Positions 31,026 through 40,876 of a stretch of 45,828 bases of DNA are shown here, in pieces (the first letter of the stretch is position 1; each line of letters opens with the position of its first letter). The DNA comes from an uncultured bacterium (GTDB lineage: Bacteria > DYJV01), in assembly GCA_964543655.1 (NCBI GenBank), contig CAZIZE010000087.1:1-45828 (forward strand), given 5' to 3'. Under the pieces are notes generated by a model. That model ran no database searches and had not been told where the DNA came from. It worked only from the letters and a program-made list of their open reading frames with translations. Position numbers and translations under genes: made by a program.

Positions 31026-32741
31026 ATGTTTCTTCCTATATCAAAGCAGGAATGCTATAACCTTGGCTGGAAAGAACTTGATATAATATTTGTTACAGGT
31101 GATGCATATATTGACTCTCCATATATTGGGGTTGCACTTCTCGGGAAACTGCTTGTAAAAAATGGCTTTAAAGTTGGTGTTATATCCCAACCTGACACAA
31201 AGAGTAGCAAAGATATTCTCTCTCTTGGTATTCCAAAGCTTTTCTGGGCTGTAACAGCAGGAAGCATTGATTCAATGGTTGCAAATTATACTCCACTTTT
31301 AAAAAAAAGGAGAAAAGATGATTTTACACCTAATGGGGTTAATAACAGAAGGCCTGACAGAGCAACAATAAGATATGTAAACCTTATAAAACAATATTGT
31401 AAAGAGAAAAGACTCATTGCAATAGGTGGAATTGAAGCAAGTCTTAGAAGAATAGCTCATTACGATTATTGGTCAGATAAAATCAAACGCTCAATACTTT
31501 TTGATTCCAAAGCTGATGTGTTAATATATGGTATGAGTGAAAAAACTATTTTAGAATTTGCAAAAAAAGTTTTGACTAAAGACTCTTACAGAGGAATCAG
31601 GGGCTTATGCTATATTTCAAATGCTCAAATAGATAGTTTTATAAAATTACCTTCATTTGAAGAAGTAAAAAATAGCAAAGAGAAATTTATAGAAATGATG
31701 AAAATTTTTTATGAAAACCACGACCCTTTAAATTCAAGGGGTTTATTTCAAAAATATGATAATAGATATTTAATACACAATCCACCTCAATTTCTGCCAT
31801 CTCAAAAGGAGCTTGACTCATTTTATGAGCTTGATTTTGAATATGATGTGCATCCCTTAATAAAAAAGCAAGGAGAAGTAAGGGCAATTCATACTATAAA
31901 AAATTCAATTACAATTAATAGAGGTTGTTTTGGAGAGTGTAATTTCTGCTCAATAGCTGTTCATCAGGGCACAACTGTTATTAGCCGTTCACCTGAATCT
32001 ATTTTAAGAGAGATAGAAAAAATAAAAAAAAGTAAATATTTCAAAGGAATAATAAATGACCTTGGTGGAGCCACTGCAAATATGTATGGGTATGAGTGCA
32101 ACAAAAAGTTAAATCATGGAAAATGTAAAGATAGAAGGTGCATATTCCCTGAACTTTGCAGGGGAATGAAAGTATCACATAAAAAATTAATTGAATTACT
32201 GAAAAAAGTTAGGCAAATCAAGGGAATTAAACGAGTATTTATCCAGTCTGGATTACGTTATGATTTAATTGTGAAAGATAAAAAATTTGGGGAAAAATAT
32301 TTAAAAGAAATTATAAAATATCACATTTCAGGACAAATGAAAATTGCGCCTGAGCACTTCAATAACGAAATTCTAACCTTAATGGGTAAACCATCAAATG
32401 AAATCCTTAAAAATTTTATAAAAAAATTTTTTCAATTAAATAAACTTTTAAATAAAAAGCAATTTTTAACTTACTATTTTATTGTTTCACATCCAGGGTG
32501 TACTTTAGATAAAACTGTTAAATTAAAGGAAAAAATATTAAAAACAATGCATTTTATTCCAGAGCAGGTACAGATTTTTACACCTCTACCATTAACCTGG
32601 TCATCTGTTATGTATTATACAGAAAAAAATCCTTTTACTGGTAAAAAAATCTCTGTAATTAAACAGTTGAAAATTAAAAGAAAACAAAAAGAGATAATTT
32701 CAAAATTTCGTAAAAATCTAACAGAAAAAAGTGAGTTTTAA
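31026..32741 (+). CDS. ygiQ: YgiQ-family radical SAM protein
   Basis: VTGDAYIDSP, GGIEASLRR, RGCFGECNFC, DLGGATANMY, PEQVQIFTP. Confidence 0.9.
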   Translation: MFLPISKQECYNLGWKELDIIFVTGDAYIDSPYIGVALLGKLLVKNGFKVGVISQPDTKSSKDILSLGIPKLFWAVTAGSIDSMVANYTPLLKKRRKDDFTPNGVNNRRPDRATIRYVNLIKQYCKEKRLIAIGGIEASLRRIAHYDYWSDKIKRSILFDSKADVLIYGMSEKTILEFAKKVLTKDSYRGIRGLCYISNAQIDSFIKLPSFEEVKNSKEKFIEMMKIFYENHDPLNSRGLFQKYDNRYLIHNPPQFLPSQKELDSFYELDFEYDVHPLIKKQGEVRAIHTIKNSITINRGCFGECNFCSIAVHQGTTVISRSPESILREIEKIKKSKYFKGIINDLGGATANMYGYECNKKLNHGKCKDRRCIFPELCRGMKVSHKKLIELLKKVRQIKGIKRVFIQSGLRYDLIVKDKKFGEKYLKEIIKYHISGQMKIAPEHFNNEILTLMGKPSNEILKNFIKKFFQLNKLLNKKQFLTYYFIVSHPGCTLDKTVKLKEKILKTMHFIPEQVQIFTPLPLTWSSVMYYTEKNPFTGKKISVIKQLKIKRKQKEIISKFRKNLTEKSEF

Positions 32742-32843
32742 TTTTTATCAATCTATGTTATTTAACAAAATATAATAAAAAGGGAAAACCTTTGAACAGC
32801 ATCTTTACTGAGATACTGAAATTTTTATAATGGATTTATTAAA

Positions 32844-33887
32844 ATGAAAAATCTGTTAAATCTAACTTATGAAGAATTATCAGACTGTCTTAATAATATT
32901 GGAATGCAGAGTTTCAGAGCTAAGCAAATTTTTCAATGGGTTTTTCAAAAAGGTGTTTTTGATTTTAATAATATGTCCAATATTTCCAAAAAACATAGGG
33001 AAGTTTTAACAAAGAATTTTAATATTAATTTCCCTGAAATAGTAACTCGTATAGAATCAATTGATGGCACAGAAAAATTTGCATTAAAACTATCAGATGG
33101 AAATATTGTAGAATCTGTTATTATTCCAGATGAGAAAAGGATGACATTATGCATTTCCACACAGGCAGGATGCAGGATGGGTTGCAAATTTTGCCATACT
33201 GCCACTCTTGGATTTAAAAGAAATTTATTGACATCTGAAATTATAGCACAGATTCTCATTGCACAATTTAAAATTTTAAAAAATAAAAAAATTACCAATT
33301 TAGTTTTTATGGGTATGGGTGAGCCTCTTGATAATTATGAAAATTTAAAAAAATCTTTACAAATTATCTACAATGAATTTGGTCTAAATTATTCATACAG
33401 AAAAGTTACTGTTTCCACTGTTGGTATAATTGAAAAAATGATGCAACTTGGTAATGATTTTGACATAAACCTTGCTGTATCCCTTCATGCTGCAAACAAT
33501 GAAGTAAGAAGTAGTTTAATGCCTGTTAATAAAAAATTTCCACTTAACTCTTTAATAGAGGCTTGCAAAAAATTCCCTGTAAAAAACAGACAGAGAATAA
33601 CTTTTGAATACATTTTAATAAACAATGTAAATGACTCTATTAATGATGCAAAAAATCTTTTAAAAATATTATCAAATGTTAAAGGAAAAGTGAATTTAAT
33701 AAAATTTAATCCATTTCCAGGGTGCAAATACACTCCATCAACCAACGAAAATATAAAAAAATTTCAGGAATATTTAAATAAAAAAGGTCTTACTGCTATT
33801 TTAAGAAAGAGCAAAGGTGAAGATATTTTAGCTGCATGTGGCCAGCTAAGTGGAAAATTAAAGAGAAAGGAATATGATTATGAGTAA
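32844..33887 (+). CDS. rlmN: 23S rRNA (A2503-C2)/tRNA methyltransferase RlmN
   Basis: CISTQAGCRMGCKFC, FMGMGEP, LAVSLHA, DILAACGQL. Confidence 0.96.
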   Translation: MKNLLNLTYEELSDCLNNIGMQSFRAKQIFQWVFQKGVFDFNNMSNISKKHREVLTKNFNINFPEIVTRIESIDGTEKFALKLSDGNIVESVIIPDEKRMTLCISTQAGCRMGCKFCHTATLGFKRNLLTSEIIAQILIAQFKILKNKKITNLVFMGMGEPLDNYENLKKSLQIIYNEFGLNYSYRKVTVSTVGIIEKMMQLGNDFDINLAVSLHAANNEVRSSLMPVNKKFPLNSLIEACKKFPVKNRQRITFEYILINNVNDSINDAKNLLKILSNVKGKVNLIKFNPFPGCKYTPSTNENIKKFQEYLNKKGLTAILRKSKGEDILAACGQLSGKLKRKEYDYE

Positions 33888-34653
33888 AGAGGTTTTATTT
33901 GAAGTAGAGGATAATATTGGAATAATAACCATTAACAGGCCAAATGAAAACAATGCATTTTCAAAGTCAATGCTTGCTAAATGGTTGCAATATTTGAAAA
34001 CTGTTAAAGAAGATGATTCAATAAAAGCAATGATTCTCACAGGTAAAGGGAAAGTTTTTTGTACAGGTGGAAGCATTAAAGAAATGGCAAATGGAGAGTT
34101 AAGCGGTTGGAAAATGAAAAAATTTTTAACAGACTTTGTGCATAAAATTGCACTTGAAATGAAAACATTGTATAAACCAACTCTTGCAGCAATTAATGGA
34201 TACGCAATTGGTGCAGGTCTTGATATGGCTCTTATGTGCGATTTTAGAATTGCTGTTGAAAATGCTGTATTTGGAGAAAGCTATATTAAGCTTGGATTGG
34301 TAGCTGGTGATGGTGGATGTTTTCTTTTACCTCGAATTATAGGTGTTCCAAGAGCACTTGAGCTGTTGCTCACATCAAGGTTTATTGGAAGTGACACAGC
34401 ACTTGATTGGGGGCTTATAAATCTAATTGTACCTGATAATGAAAAATTATTAAGTGAAAGTATAAAATTTTTAAAAAATATTACTCAATTTCCTGATGAA
34501 GCTGTAAAACTAATGAAACAACTTGTTTATAACAGTTTAAATGAAAATTTTGAAGAACATCTTTCAAAGGTTTCATCACATATGGGTATGCTTAGCCAGA
34601 GAGATGAGTTTTATAATAATGCAAAAAAACTGCTAAAAAAAATATCATCTTAA
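33880..34653 (+). CDS. Crotonase/enoyl-CoA hydratase-isomerase family protein
   Basis: ITINRP..NA, FCTGG, KPTLAAINGYAIGAG, GLVAGDGG; second ATG (33880) fits the AAGGA SD better than 33874. Confidence 0.88.
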   Translation: MSKEVLFEVEDNIGIITINRPNENNAFSKSMLAKWLQYLKTVKEDDSIKAMILTGKGKVFCTGGSIKEMANGELSGWKMKKFLTDFVHKIALEMKTLYKPTLAAINGYAIGAGLDMALMCDFRIAVENAVFGESYIKLGLVAGDGGCFLLPRIIGVPRALELLLTSRFIGSDTALDWGLINLIVPDNEKLLSESIKFLKNITQFPDEAVKLMKQLVYNSLNENFEEHLSKVSSHMGMLSQRDEFYNNAKKLLKKISS

Positions 34654-34666
34654 TAAAGGAGATAAA

Positions 34667-35209
34667 ATGAAACAAAGGCTCAAAAATATTATAAAAAACT
34701 ACTCTTATGAAAAAAGGGAAGTTACACTTGCATCTGGTAGAAAGAGCAACTTTTACTTTGACGGTAAGCAAACAACTTTAAATGCTGAAGGTGCTTATCT
34801 TGTTGGTAAATTAATGTTTAACATTATCAAGGAATTACCTGTAAAAATAGATGCTGTTGGCGGACCAACAATTGGAGCAGATCCAATTGCCACGGCAATA
34901 GCAATTGTTTCATATCTTGAATCTACGCCTCTTAATGCTTTTATTGTAAGAAAAGAGCCAAAAGGTCATGGTAAAAAATTATGGATAGAAGGGAATAAAA
35001 ATTTAAAAAAAGGTTGCTCTGTTGCAATTGTTGAAGATGTTATAACTACTGGTGGCTCTATTTTAAGAGCAATTGATATTGTTGAAAAAGAAGGTTATAA
35101 AATAGGTGCTGTTATTGTGCTTGTTGATAGAGAGGAAGGTGGCAGAGAAAATATAGAGAAAGCAGGATATAAATTATATTCTCTATTTAAAAAAAGCGAA
35201 ATTGTATAA
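34667..35209 (+). CDS. pyrE: Orotate phosphoribosyltransferase
   Basis: TLASGRKSNFYFD, VRKEPKGHG, VEDVITTGGS PRPP motif. Confidence 0.95.
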   Translation: MKQRLKNIIKNYSYEKREVTLASGRKSNFYFDGKQTTLNAEGAYLVGKLMFNIIKELPVKIDAVGGPTIGADPIATAIAIVSYLESTPLNAFIVRKEPKGHGKKLWIEGNKNLKKGCSVAIVEDVITTGGSILRAIDIVEKEGYKIGAVIVLVDREEGGRENIEKAGYKLYSLFKKSEIV

Positions 35210-37084
35210 TTAACCTTTAGCTACAAAGAAGCAGACTATAAAAATTAGAAGGATATAAATTATATACCAGTATATCTTTCCATTCATCAAAACACGTGCA
35301 ACAAAATATCCTACATTAATTGCTACTTTTTTGCAAAAATTATATGGAAAAATAAAAATATCAGTAACTTCAATTATGAATCTGTTACCTTTAACAATTT
35401 CCTTTGTCCTGTAAATTTTTTGTAAAATATGCTCCAAAATATAGGAATAAGCTGGTGCTGTGAAATACTCATTTTCCTGCAAAGGTAAAGCACCATTAAA
35501 TGAGTTAACCTTTCTCACTCTCCTTCTTGTAGAGTAGTAAATTGCAAAAGGAAATAGAAACAGCACACCTATAACTATAAAAAGAAAAGTTGGAGCAATT
35601 ACACCAAAAATAGGATTACCTGACATTATTAAAAATGGCTTTGGTACACCAAGCAACCCACCAAGCATATAAGAATATCCAAACATTTTAAAGAGCAGTG
35701 GTGCAAAAACCCCAGAAAAAATAACTAAAAAAATCAACAATAATTCAGAGAATTTAATGAGCTTATCAGGGAACCTTTTTGTTTTTATATTATGGTCAAA
35801 CCCAAGAGCTGTATAACCAATCAGCTTACTCATTGCAAAACCAGTTAACCCAATACCAATGGCAATTAATATTCCTACAAATGTTCCAAAAAATCTGTAG
35901 AAATTATTGGATAATTTAAAAGATTGGAAAATAGATTCTAATAGCATCCATTCTCCAACATAACCTATTAGAGGTGGAAAAGCACTTAAAGATAATCCTG
36001 AAACAAGAATCCCAGCAGCTGGAATTTTACCAACACCTTTCCACACTCCTCTAACCTCATCAATAACATGGGCCTGATAAGCTTCTTTTGCATGGCCAAC
36101 AGAAATAAACAATAATGATTTTGCAAGTAAATGGCCAAAAGCTATTATTAACCCTGTTGCAAATGCAAAATTTGAAAGATATGAGTTTTTCACAAGAAAT
36201 GAAAACGCTATTGCACTTAAAATCAATCCATTATTCTCAACTGTAGAATAAGCTGGAAGAGTTTTTAAACCACCAGTGGCAACTGCGTTTAATGCACCCC
36301 AGAATGCTGATAAACCACCTAATGCAAGTAACACAACATAATATTCATTAATTCCAATATCACATAATTTGACAATTCTCACCATACCATAAACACCCAT
36401 TAAGGTAACTGGACCACTTAAAATAGCGCAAACATTTGTAGGTGCTTTATCATATACATTTCTCATCCATGTATGAAATGGTATTATATCCATTTTTATA
36501 ATAAAACCCATTGTTGTAAAAATAAGAAAAAGCAAACCACCACTTTTAATAAAATTAAAATCTACTGACCTATTTGACAAAAATAGAGTGGCAAACCCAA
36601 TAATAATCAATACAGTTGAAAGCTCTCCATAAGCAAGAAAAGCAAAAGCTGATTTGAAGCGAACTTCTCTTTCTGCAATAATCATAAGAAAAATAAATAT
36701 AGTCATCAATTCCCAGCCAAATAGAAAGGTAATTCCATCAAAGGCAGTAAGTACAAGCACCATTCCTAAATATGTCAGATTAATTAATGCACCTGAGCTT
36801 TTACCATGATGAATCCCATATTCTATAGAAAATATTGAAATGGCAAACCAGCTTATTGATGAAAAAATCAAAAAAATAGCTGTTAAATGGTCAACTTTTG
36901 TTATTAAGTGAAAATTTGAAAATATTGGGATATTAAAAATATTGTATGGAGAGCTTAACCCTAATACTCCACCAATAAATAGAAAAAAAGATGCTATAAC
37001 TCCAATAACGTATCCTCTCTTTTTTTTAAATGAAATCAAAGCTCCAATTAAAAATAAAAACATAGCAATTATTGTAAAAGCCAC
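35210..37084 (-). CDS. HyfB/NuoL/MrpD-like antiporter-type membrane subunit of an Ehr-like complex
   Basis: FLFGWELMT, IKMDIIPFHTW, AYSTVENNG, HLLAKSLLF, PPLIGYVGEW; many TMs; GTG start with AGGAG. Confidence 0.88.
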   Translation of the reverse strand: MAFTIIAMFLFLIGALISFKKKRGYVIGVIASFFLFIGGVLGLSSPYNIFNIPIFSNFHLITKVDHLTAIFLIFSSISWFAISIFSIEYGIHHGKSSGALINLTYLGMVLVLTAFDGITFLFGWELMTIFIFLMIIAEREVRFKSAFAFLAYGELSTVLIIIGFATLFLSNRSVDFNFIKSGGLLFLIFTTMGFIIKMDIIPFHTWMRNVYDKAPTNVCAILSGPVTLMGVYGMVRIVKLCDIGINEYYVVLLALGGLSAFWGALNAVATGGLKTLPAYSTVENNGLILSAIAFSFLVKNSYLSNFAFATGLIIAFGHLLAKSLLFISVGHAKEAYQAHVIDEVRGVWKGVGKIPAAGILVSGLSLSAFPPLIGYVGEWMLLESIFQSFKLSNNFYRFFGTFVGILIAIGIGLTGFAMSKLIGYTALGFDHNIKTKRFPDKLIKFSELLLIFLVIFSGVFAPLLFKMFGYSYMLGGLLGVPKPFLIMSGNPIFGVIAPTFLFIVIGVLFLFPFAIYYSTRRRVRKVNSFNGALPLQENEYFTAPAYSYILEHILQKIYRTKEIVKGNRFIIEVTDIFIFPYNFCKKVAINVGYFVARVLMNGKIYWYIIYILLIFIVCFFVAKG

Positions 37085-37106
37085 TTTATAAACTCCTTTT
37101 ACTCTT

Positions 37107-37565
37107 TTATCTAATAATATTCAACAATACAGAGAGTAACTCATTAGGTGAAATATTCTTATTAATAACTGCAATCACATTTGGAATATCCAGACTATTT
37201 ATAGAATTCTCTATATAATTCTCCTCATTGATAACCAATACTCCAAAATCTTCAGGCATTTGATTAATTGTCTCCATAAGAGGCTCTTTCATTTTTACAT
37301 TTAGTGGGCCAAGAACAATCAGCAGGTCAGCATGCTTTGGAGTCTCTGTAAAAAAAATCCCAAATCTGTGGATATTATATTGTGGTGCTTTTAATGCTTT
37401 TATAGTAAAATTTAACAGATTAGAATTACCAACATCAATTACAAATAGATGTAATGACTTCTTAAATACTTTATTTTTTAAAACAGGGTTTATTCTGAAA
37501 CAATCATCCCTTTTCTCTTTTTCTGTAAAATAGTTAGTAATGCCTATTAAAGGCCACCATTTCAT
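37107..37565 (-). CDS. Degenerate HyfI/HycG/NuoB-like small subunit lacking Fe-S cysteines
   Basis: FKKSLHLFVIDVG, YNIHRFGIFFTETPKHADLLIVLGP..KM match the family, but the CxxC, G-x-C and GCPP positions are substituted; strong GGAGG SD. Confidence 0.85.
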   Translation of the reverse strand: MKWWPLIGITNYFTEKEKRDDCFRINPVLKNKVFKKSLHLFVIDVGNSNLLNFTIKALKAPQYNIHRFGIFFTETPKHADLLIVLGPLNVKMKEPLMETINQMPEDFGVLVINEENYIENSINSLDIPNVIAVINKNISPNELLSVLLNIIR

Positions 37566-37583
37566 AAAAACCTCCTGAATTAA

Positions 37584-38819
37584 TTATCTTGCAGCATCAG
37601 CAAAATTAACTCCAAAAGATTCAACAGTAAAAACAAAATCAGTAAAAATCTGGTTAACAAGTGAGTCAGCTATAGCTTTAAAACCAAATAAAGATGGTGT
37701 AACAATATAAGAAAAATCAATTTTTCCATTAATTATTGATAAAAAATAGCATAATGTACCTGATGGTGATTCAACAGCTCCATAACCTTTGCCATTTTCA
37801 ATATTAAATTGAGGTATATCTTTTTCCACTTTTAAATTTAAAATTTTTTCTAAACACTCTTTTATTAAATTAATAGATATAAATATCTCTTCTGCCCTAA
37901 CTTCCATTCTTGAAAGTGAATCCCCCTCCTCTTTTACTGGAATATCAATTGAGTTGTAATAATTGTCAAATTCCCTTAAATCCTCCCTAACTCCTGATGC
38001 TCTCAATGATGGACCTGTTAAACCTATTTCAATAGCCATATTAGTTGAAACAATTCCAGTGTTGTGTAATCTGTCAAGATAATTACCACTTTCAAGGCTT
38101 TTCTTGTAAAGCAAAGAAAATCTTTTCTCAATTTCATTTAATTTAATTAAAATCTTCTCTATTTTGGTTTTCTCAAATGAATTTTTAACTCCCCCAATTC
38201 TGTTAAAAGATAACAGATGCCTTGACCCTGAGAAAAGTTCATTAATTCTTAAACATTCTTCAAATAAATATTGCAAATGCGAAGTCAAAACCTTTTGAGC
38301 TGCTCCTTTTGCAAGCTCTGTTATTACATAAATATGATTGTAAAGCCTTTCAAGCTCAAGAGCTACAACTCTTAAAAGCCTGTGTGACTCTGAAATCTTA
38401 ATATTAAAAATATTCTCAACAGCTTTACAAAAAGCAAGTGAATGTGAAAATGCAAAGTTACCACATACAGATTCAGCCATATTCAAAGCTTCTGATAAAT
38501 TTTTATTAATCATTTTATTTTCAATATTTCTTCTTTTAAATGTTACATCTATTTCTACTGATAATATTCTCTCACCAGATGTATGGATATTATATATTCC
38601 TGCTTCTGCTACCCCACCAGTAACAGGGCCATATCTAAAATTAAACACAGTTTCTCCATTAATCTTACTATTCCCAATAATTAAATTACGATTCTTTATT
38701 AATGTGTAATTTTTAGGCTTTACATAATTTTTAGCATTTAAAATAGAGACAGTGCCATTTTCTTGGAAAATAAACAGCTCTTCATTTTTATAATTTATAA
38801 TTCCCAGTAACTTTTTCAA
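37584..38819 (-). CDS. HyfG/EhrL/NuoD-like large subunit without NiFe motifs
   Basis: YGPVTGGVAEAG, GERIL, ALELERLYNH, GLTGPSLRASG, VESPSG, FTDF..ESFG; no CxxC pairs; TTG start. Confidence 0.88.
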   Translation of the reverse strand: MKKLLGIINYKNEELFIFQENGTVSILNAKNYVKPKNYTLIKNRNLIIGNSKINGETVFNFRYGPVTGGVAEAGIYNIHTSGERILSVEIDVTFKRRNIENKMINKNLSEALNMAESVCGNFAFSHSLAFCKAVENIFNIKISESHRLLRVVALELERLYNHIYVITELAKGAAQKVLTSHLQYLFEECLRINELFSGSRHLLSFNRIGGVKNSFEKTKIEKILIKLNEIEKRFSLLYKKSLESGNYLDRLHNTGIVSTNMAIEIGLTGPSLRASGVREDLREFDNYYNSIDIPVKEEGDSLSRMEVRAEEIFISINLIKECLEKILNLKVEKDIPQFNIENGKGYGAVESPSGTLCYFLSIINGKIDFSYIVTPSLFGFKAIADSLVNQIFTDFVFTVESFGVNFADAAR

Positions 38820-38831
38820 AGCTCTTTCCTT

Positions 38832-40175
38832 CTATATATTTATTAAAAATATAATAAAAAATGACATTAAAATATTAATTAAAGGAACGTAATTCACAAG
38901 AGATTTCCTCTCTTTTACATCTTTCTCTTTTTCTGAAAATATCATTCTACCAGTGTAATAATTTGCAGAGATAAATGCTATAGAAATAAAGACTCCAAGA
39001 ATTAGAGCAATAATCCATCCATATATTGAAATAATTTTTGAAAAAATTAAAATCTCACCAATAAAAGTGGCAAATGGTGGAGCACCTGTAGCAGCAAGAA
39101 TTGCAAAAAATAAACAAAATCCTGTAAAAGGCATCTTTTTTATAAGACCTTTTATACCACTTATTGTGGCATCTTTAAATCTAATTAAAATATTTCCTGA
39201 TAAATAGAATACTGCTGATTTTGCAAAAGCATGACATATAATTACAATTAATGCACCAGTTAGAGCTTTGCCACCAAGGGCAAAACCAATAAGTGCTATT
39301 CCCATATTTTCCATTGATGAATATGCAAAAAGCCTTTTATAAAATTTCTGAACTGTCATAAGTAACGCTGCAACAGCAACTGATAAAAAACCAAGAATAA
39401 ACATAAACATTCTGATTTCATGGGAAAAACAGATATTGCTAACTCTCAAAATACCAAATAATGCAACTGGTAATAGGACACCAGAAAATATTGCACTAAC
39501 AGGAGATGGTGCCTTTCCATGTACATCAGGAAGCCATGTGTGCATTGGAAATATTCCAGCTTTTGTGCCATAACCAACAATTGAAAGTAAAATCCCTAAA
39601 ATTACTATTTTACCAGAAGCATGAGAGTTAAGAGCTACTGAAATATCAAGTGAATGCACTTCTCCATATATTAAAATTGTTCCAAGCAAAGACATTATAA
39701 GCCCGCATGAAACAATCAAAATATAACGCCATGTTGCCTCAATTGATTCTTTTTTGCCTTCTATTGCAATAAGTAGAGCACTTGTAACAGTTGTAGCTTC
39801 TATTCCTACCCATAAAAGTCCTAAGTTGTTAGTTTCAACAGAAAAAAACATTGATAAAGCAAAAAAATTCATCCATGCAAAGTAGTGATTTGTATGGAAC
39901 AGTGGATTGTCTATATATTTCACATAACTGATAGAATATATTACTGTAGCAGTATAAATTGCTGCTATAACAAAAATCATAACTTTTGATATGTAATCAA
40001 TATAAAAAGAAGAGTTAACAAAATTTTCTCCTCTGAAAATAATTATTGAGCAAACCAGCACACTAATTGATGAAATAGCTGAAATAAACTCAGCAACACC
40101 TTTCTGTTTGAGTAATGAAATTAATCCAGCAATAGCACTTAATATTATTGGCAGATAATAGATATAGTTCTGCAT
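38832..40175 (-). CDS. HyfF-like antiporter-type membrane subunit
   Basis: WVGIEATT, EATWRY, GYGTKAGIFPMHTWLPDVHGKAPSPVSA, KRLFAYSS, HAFAKS. Confidence 0.9.
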   Translation of the reverse strand: MQNYIYYLPIILSAIAGLISLLKQKGVAEFISAISSISVLVCSIIIFRGENFVNSSFYIDYISKVMIFVIAAIYTATVIYSISYVKYIDNPLFHTNHYFAWMNFFALSMFFSVETNNLGLLWVGIEATTVTSALLIAIEGKKESIEATWRYILIVSCGLIMSLLGTILIYGEVHSLDISVALNSHASGKIVILGILLSIVGYGTKAGIFPMHTWLPDVHGKAPSPVSAIFSGVLLPVALFGILRVSNICFSHEIRMFMFILGFLSVAVAALLMTVQKFYKRLFAYSSMENMGIALIGFALGGKALTGALIVIICHAFAKSAVFYLSGNILIRFKDATISGIKGLIKKMPFTGFCLFFAILAATGAPPFATFIGEILIFSKIISIYGWIIALILGVFISIAFISANYYTGRMIFSEKEKDVKERKSLVNYVPLINILMSFFIIFLINI

Positions 40176-40178
40176 ATT

Positions 40179-40823
40179 TTATCCTTTTAATTCTTCAATT
40201 TCTTCAAGAGTATCAGGGACATAGTTCTCTCTGAGTTTATTAATAATCCCACTTATCATTACAATACCTAATAGATCGAGGATTATTCCTGCTTCAAATA
40301 TAAAAGGCAAATTAGGAAATAGAGATGCACCAAATAACAGCACTCCATTTTCCATAATCATATAGCCTATTAACTGAACAAAAGTATTCCTCTTGGATAT
40401 TATTAAGAAAAGCCCCTGCAAAATCATTGCAAGAGGGAGAGCACCTGCTCTCACTTTGAGGTAATTGTATAAGGTAAAAGTATACACTATGTAACAAAGA
40501 ATAACTATCAAAATTGAACAAATTATCCCAGATGCAGTACCCATTGTAGGAGCTGATTCTCTAACTCTCCAATGCTCTTTTGTAAGCTTAACAATCATAA
40601 ATCTTGGTATAAAAATCGTTCTTACAATTATTGTAAGTATTGCTATAAAAATAAGAGAGCTTTCTCCTTTGGCGCTTCCAAGAAAAAAAAGATATATTGC
40701 AAGTATAAAAGAGCTTATTGCAAAAGTAATAATGTTCTTTTTAATGTAAACCTGCCACTGTATGAATACCACCAATAAAATTTGAAAAGATGTGAAAAGT
40801 AGAAAAAGTTTTTCAAAATCCAT
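40179..40823 (-). CDS. HyfE-like membrane subunit
   Basis: Multi-TM, IFIPR, QLIGYMIMENG, LP.IFEAGIILD, C-terminal ELKG. Confidence 0.88.
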   Translation of the reverse strand: MDFEKLFLLFTSFQILLVVFIQWQVYIKKNIITFAISSFILAIYLFFLGSAKGESSLIFIAILTIIVRTIFIPRFMIVKLTKEHWRVRESAPTMGTASGIICSILIVILCYIVYTFTLYNYLKVRAGALPLAMILQGLFLIISKRNTFVQLIGYMIMENGVLLFGASLFPNLPFIFEAGIILDLLGIVMISGIINKLRENYVPDTLEEIEELKG

Positions 40824-40876
40824 GAATTCTCCTCTTATAAAACTTTATGATTCAAGGTCTATAAGTAAAAATTTTA

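Noticed and set aside
37107-37565. Selenocysteine or frameshift explaining the missing cysteines
   Set aside because: The ORF is continuous with no in-frame TGA; the ligand positions are ordinary substitutions
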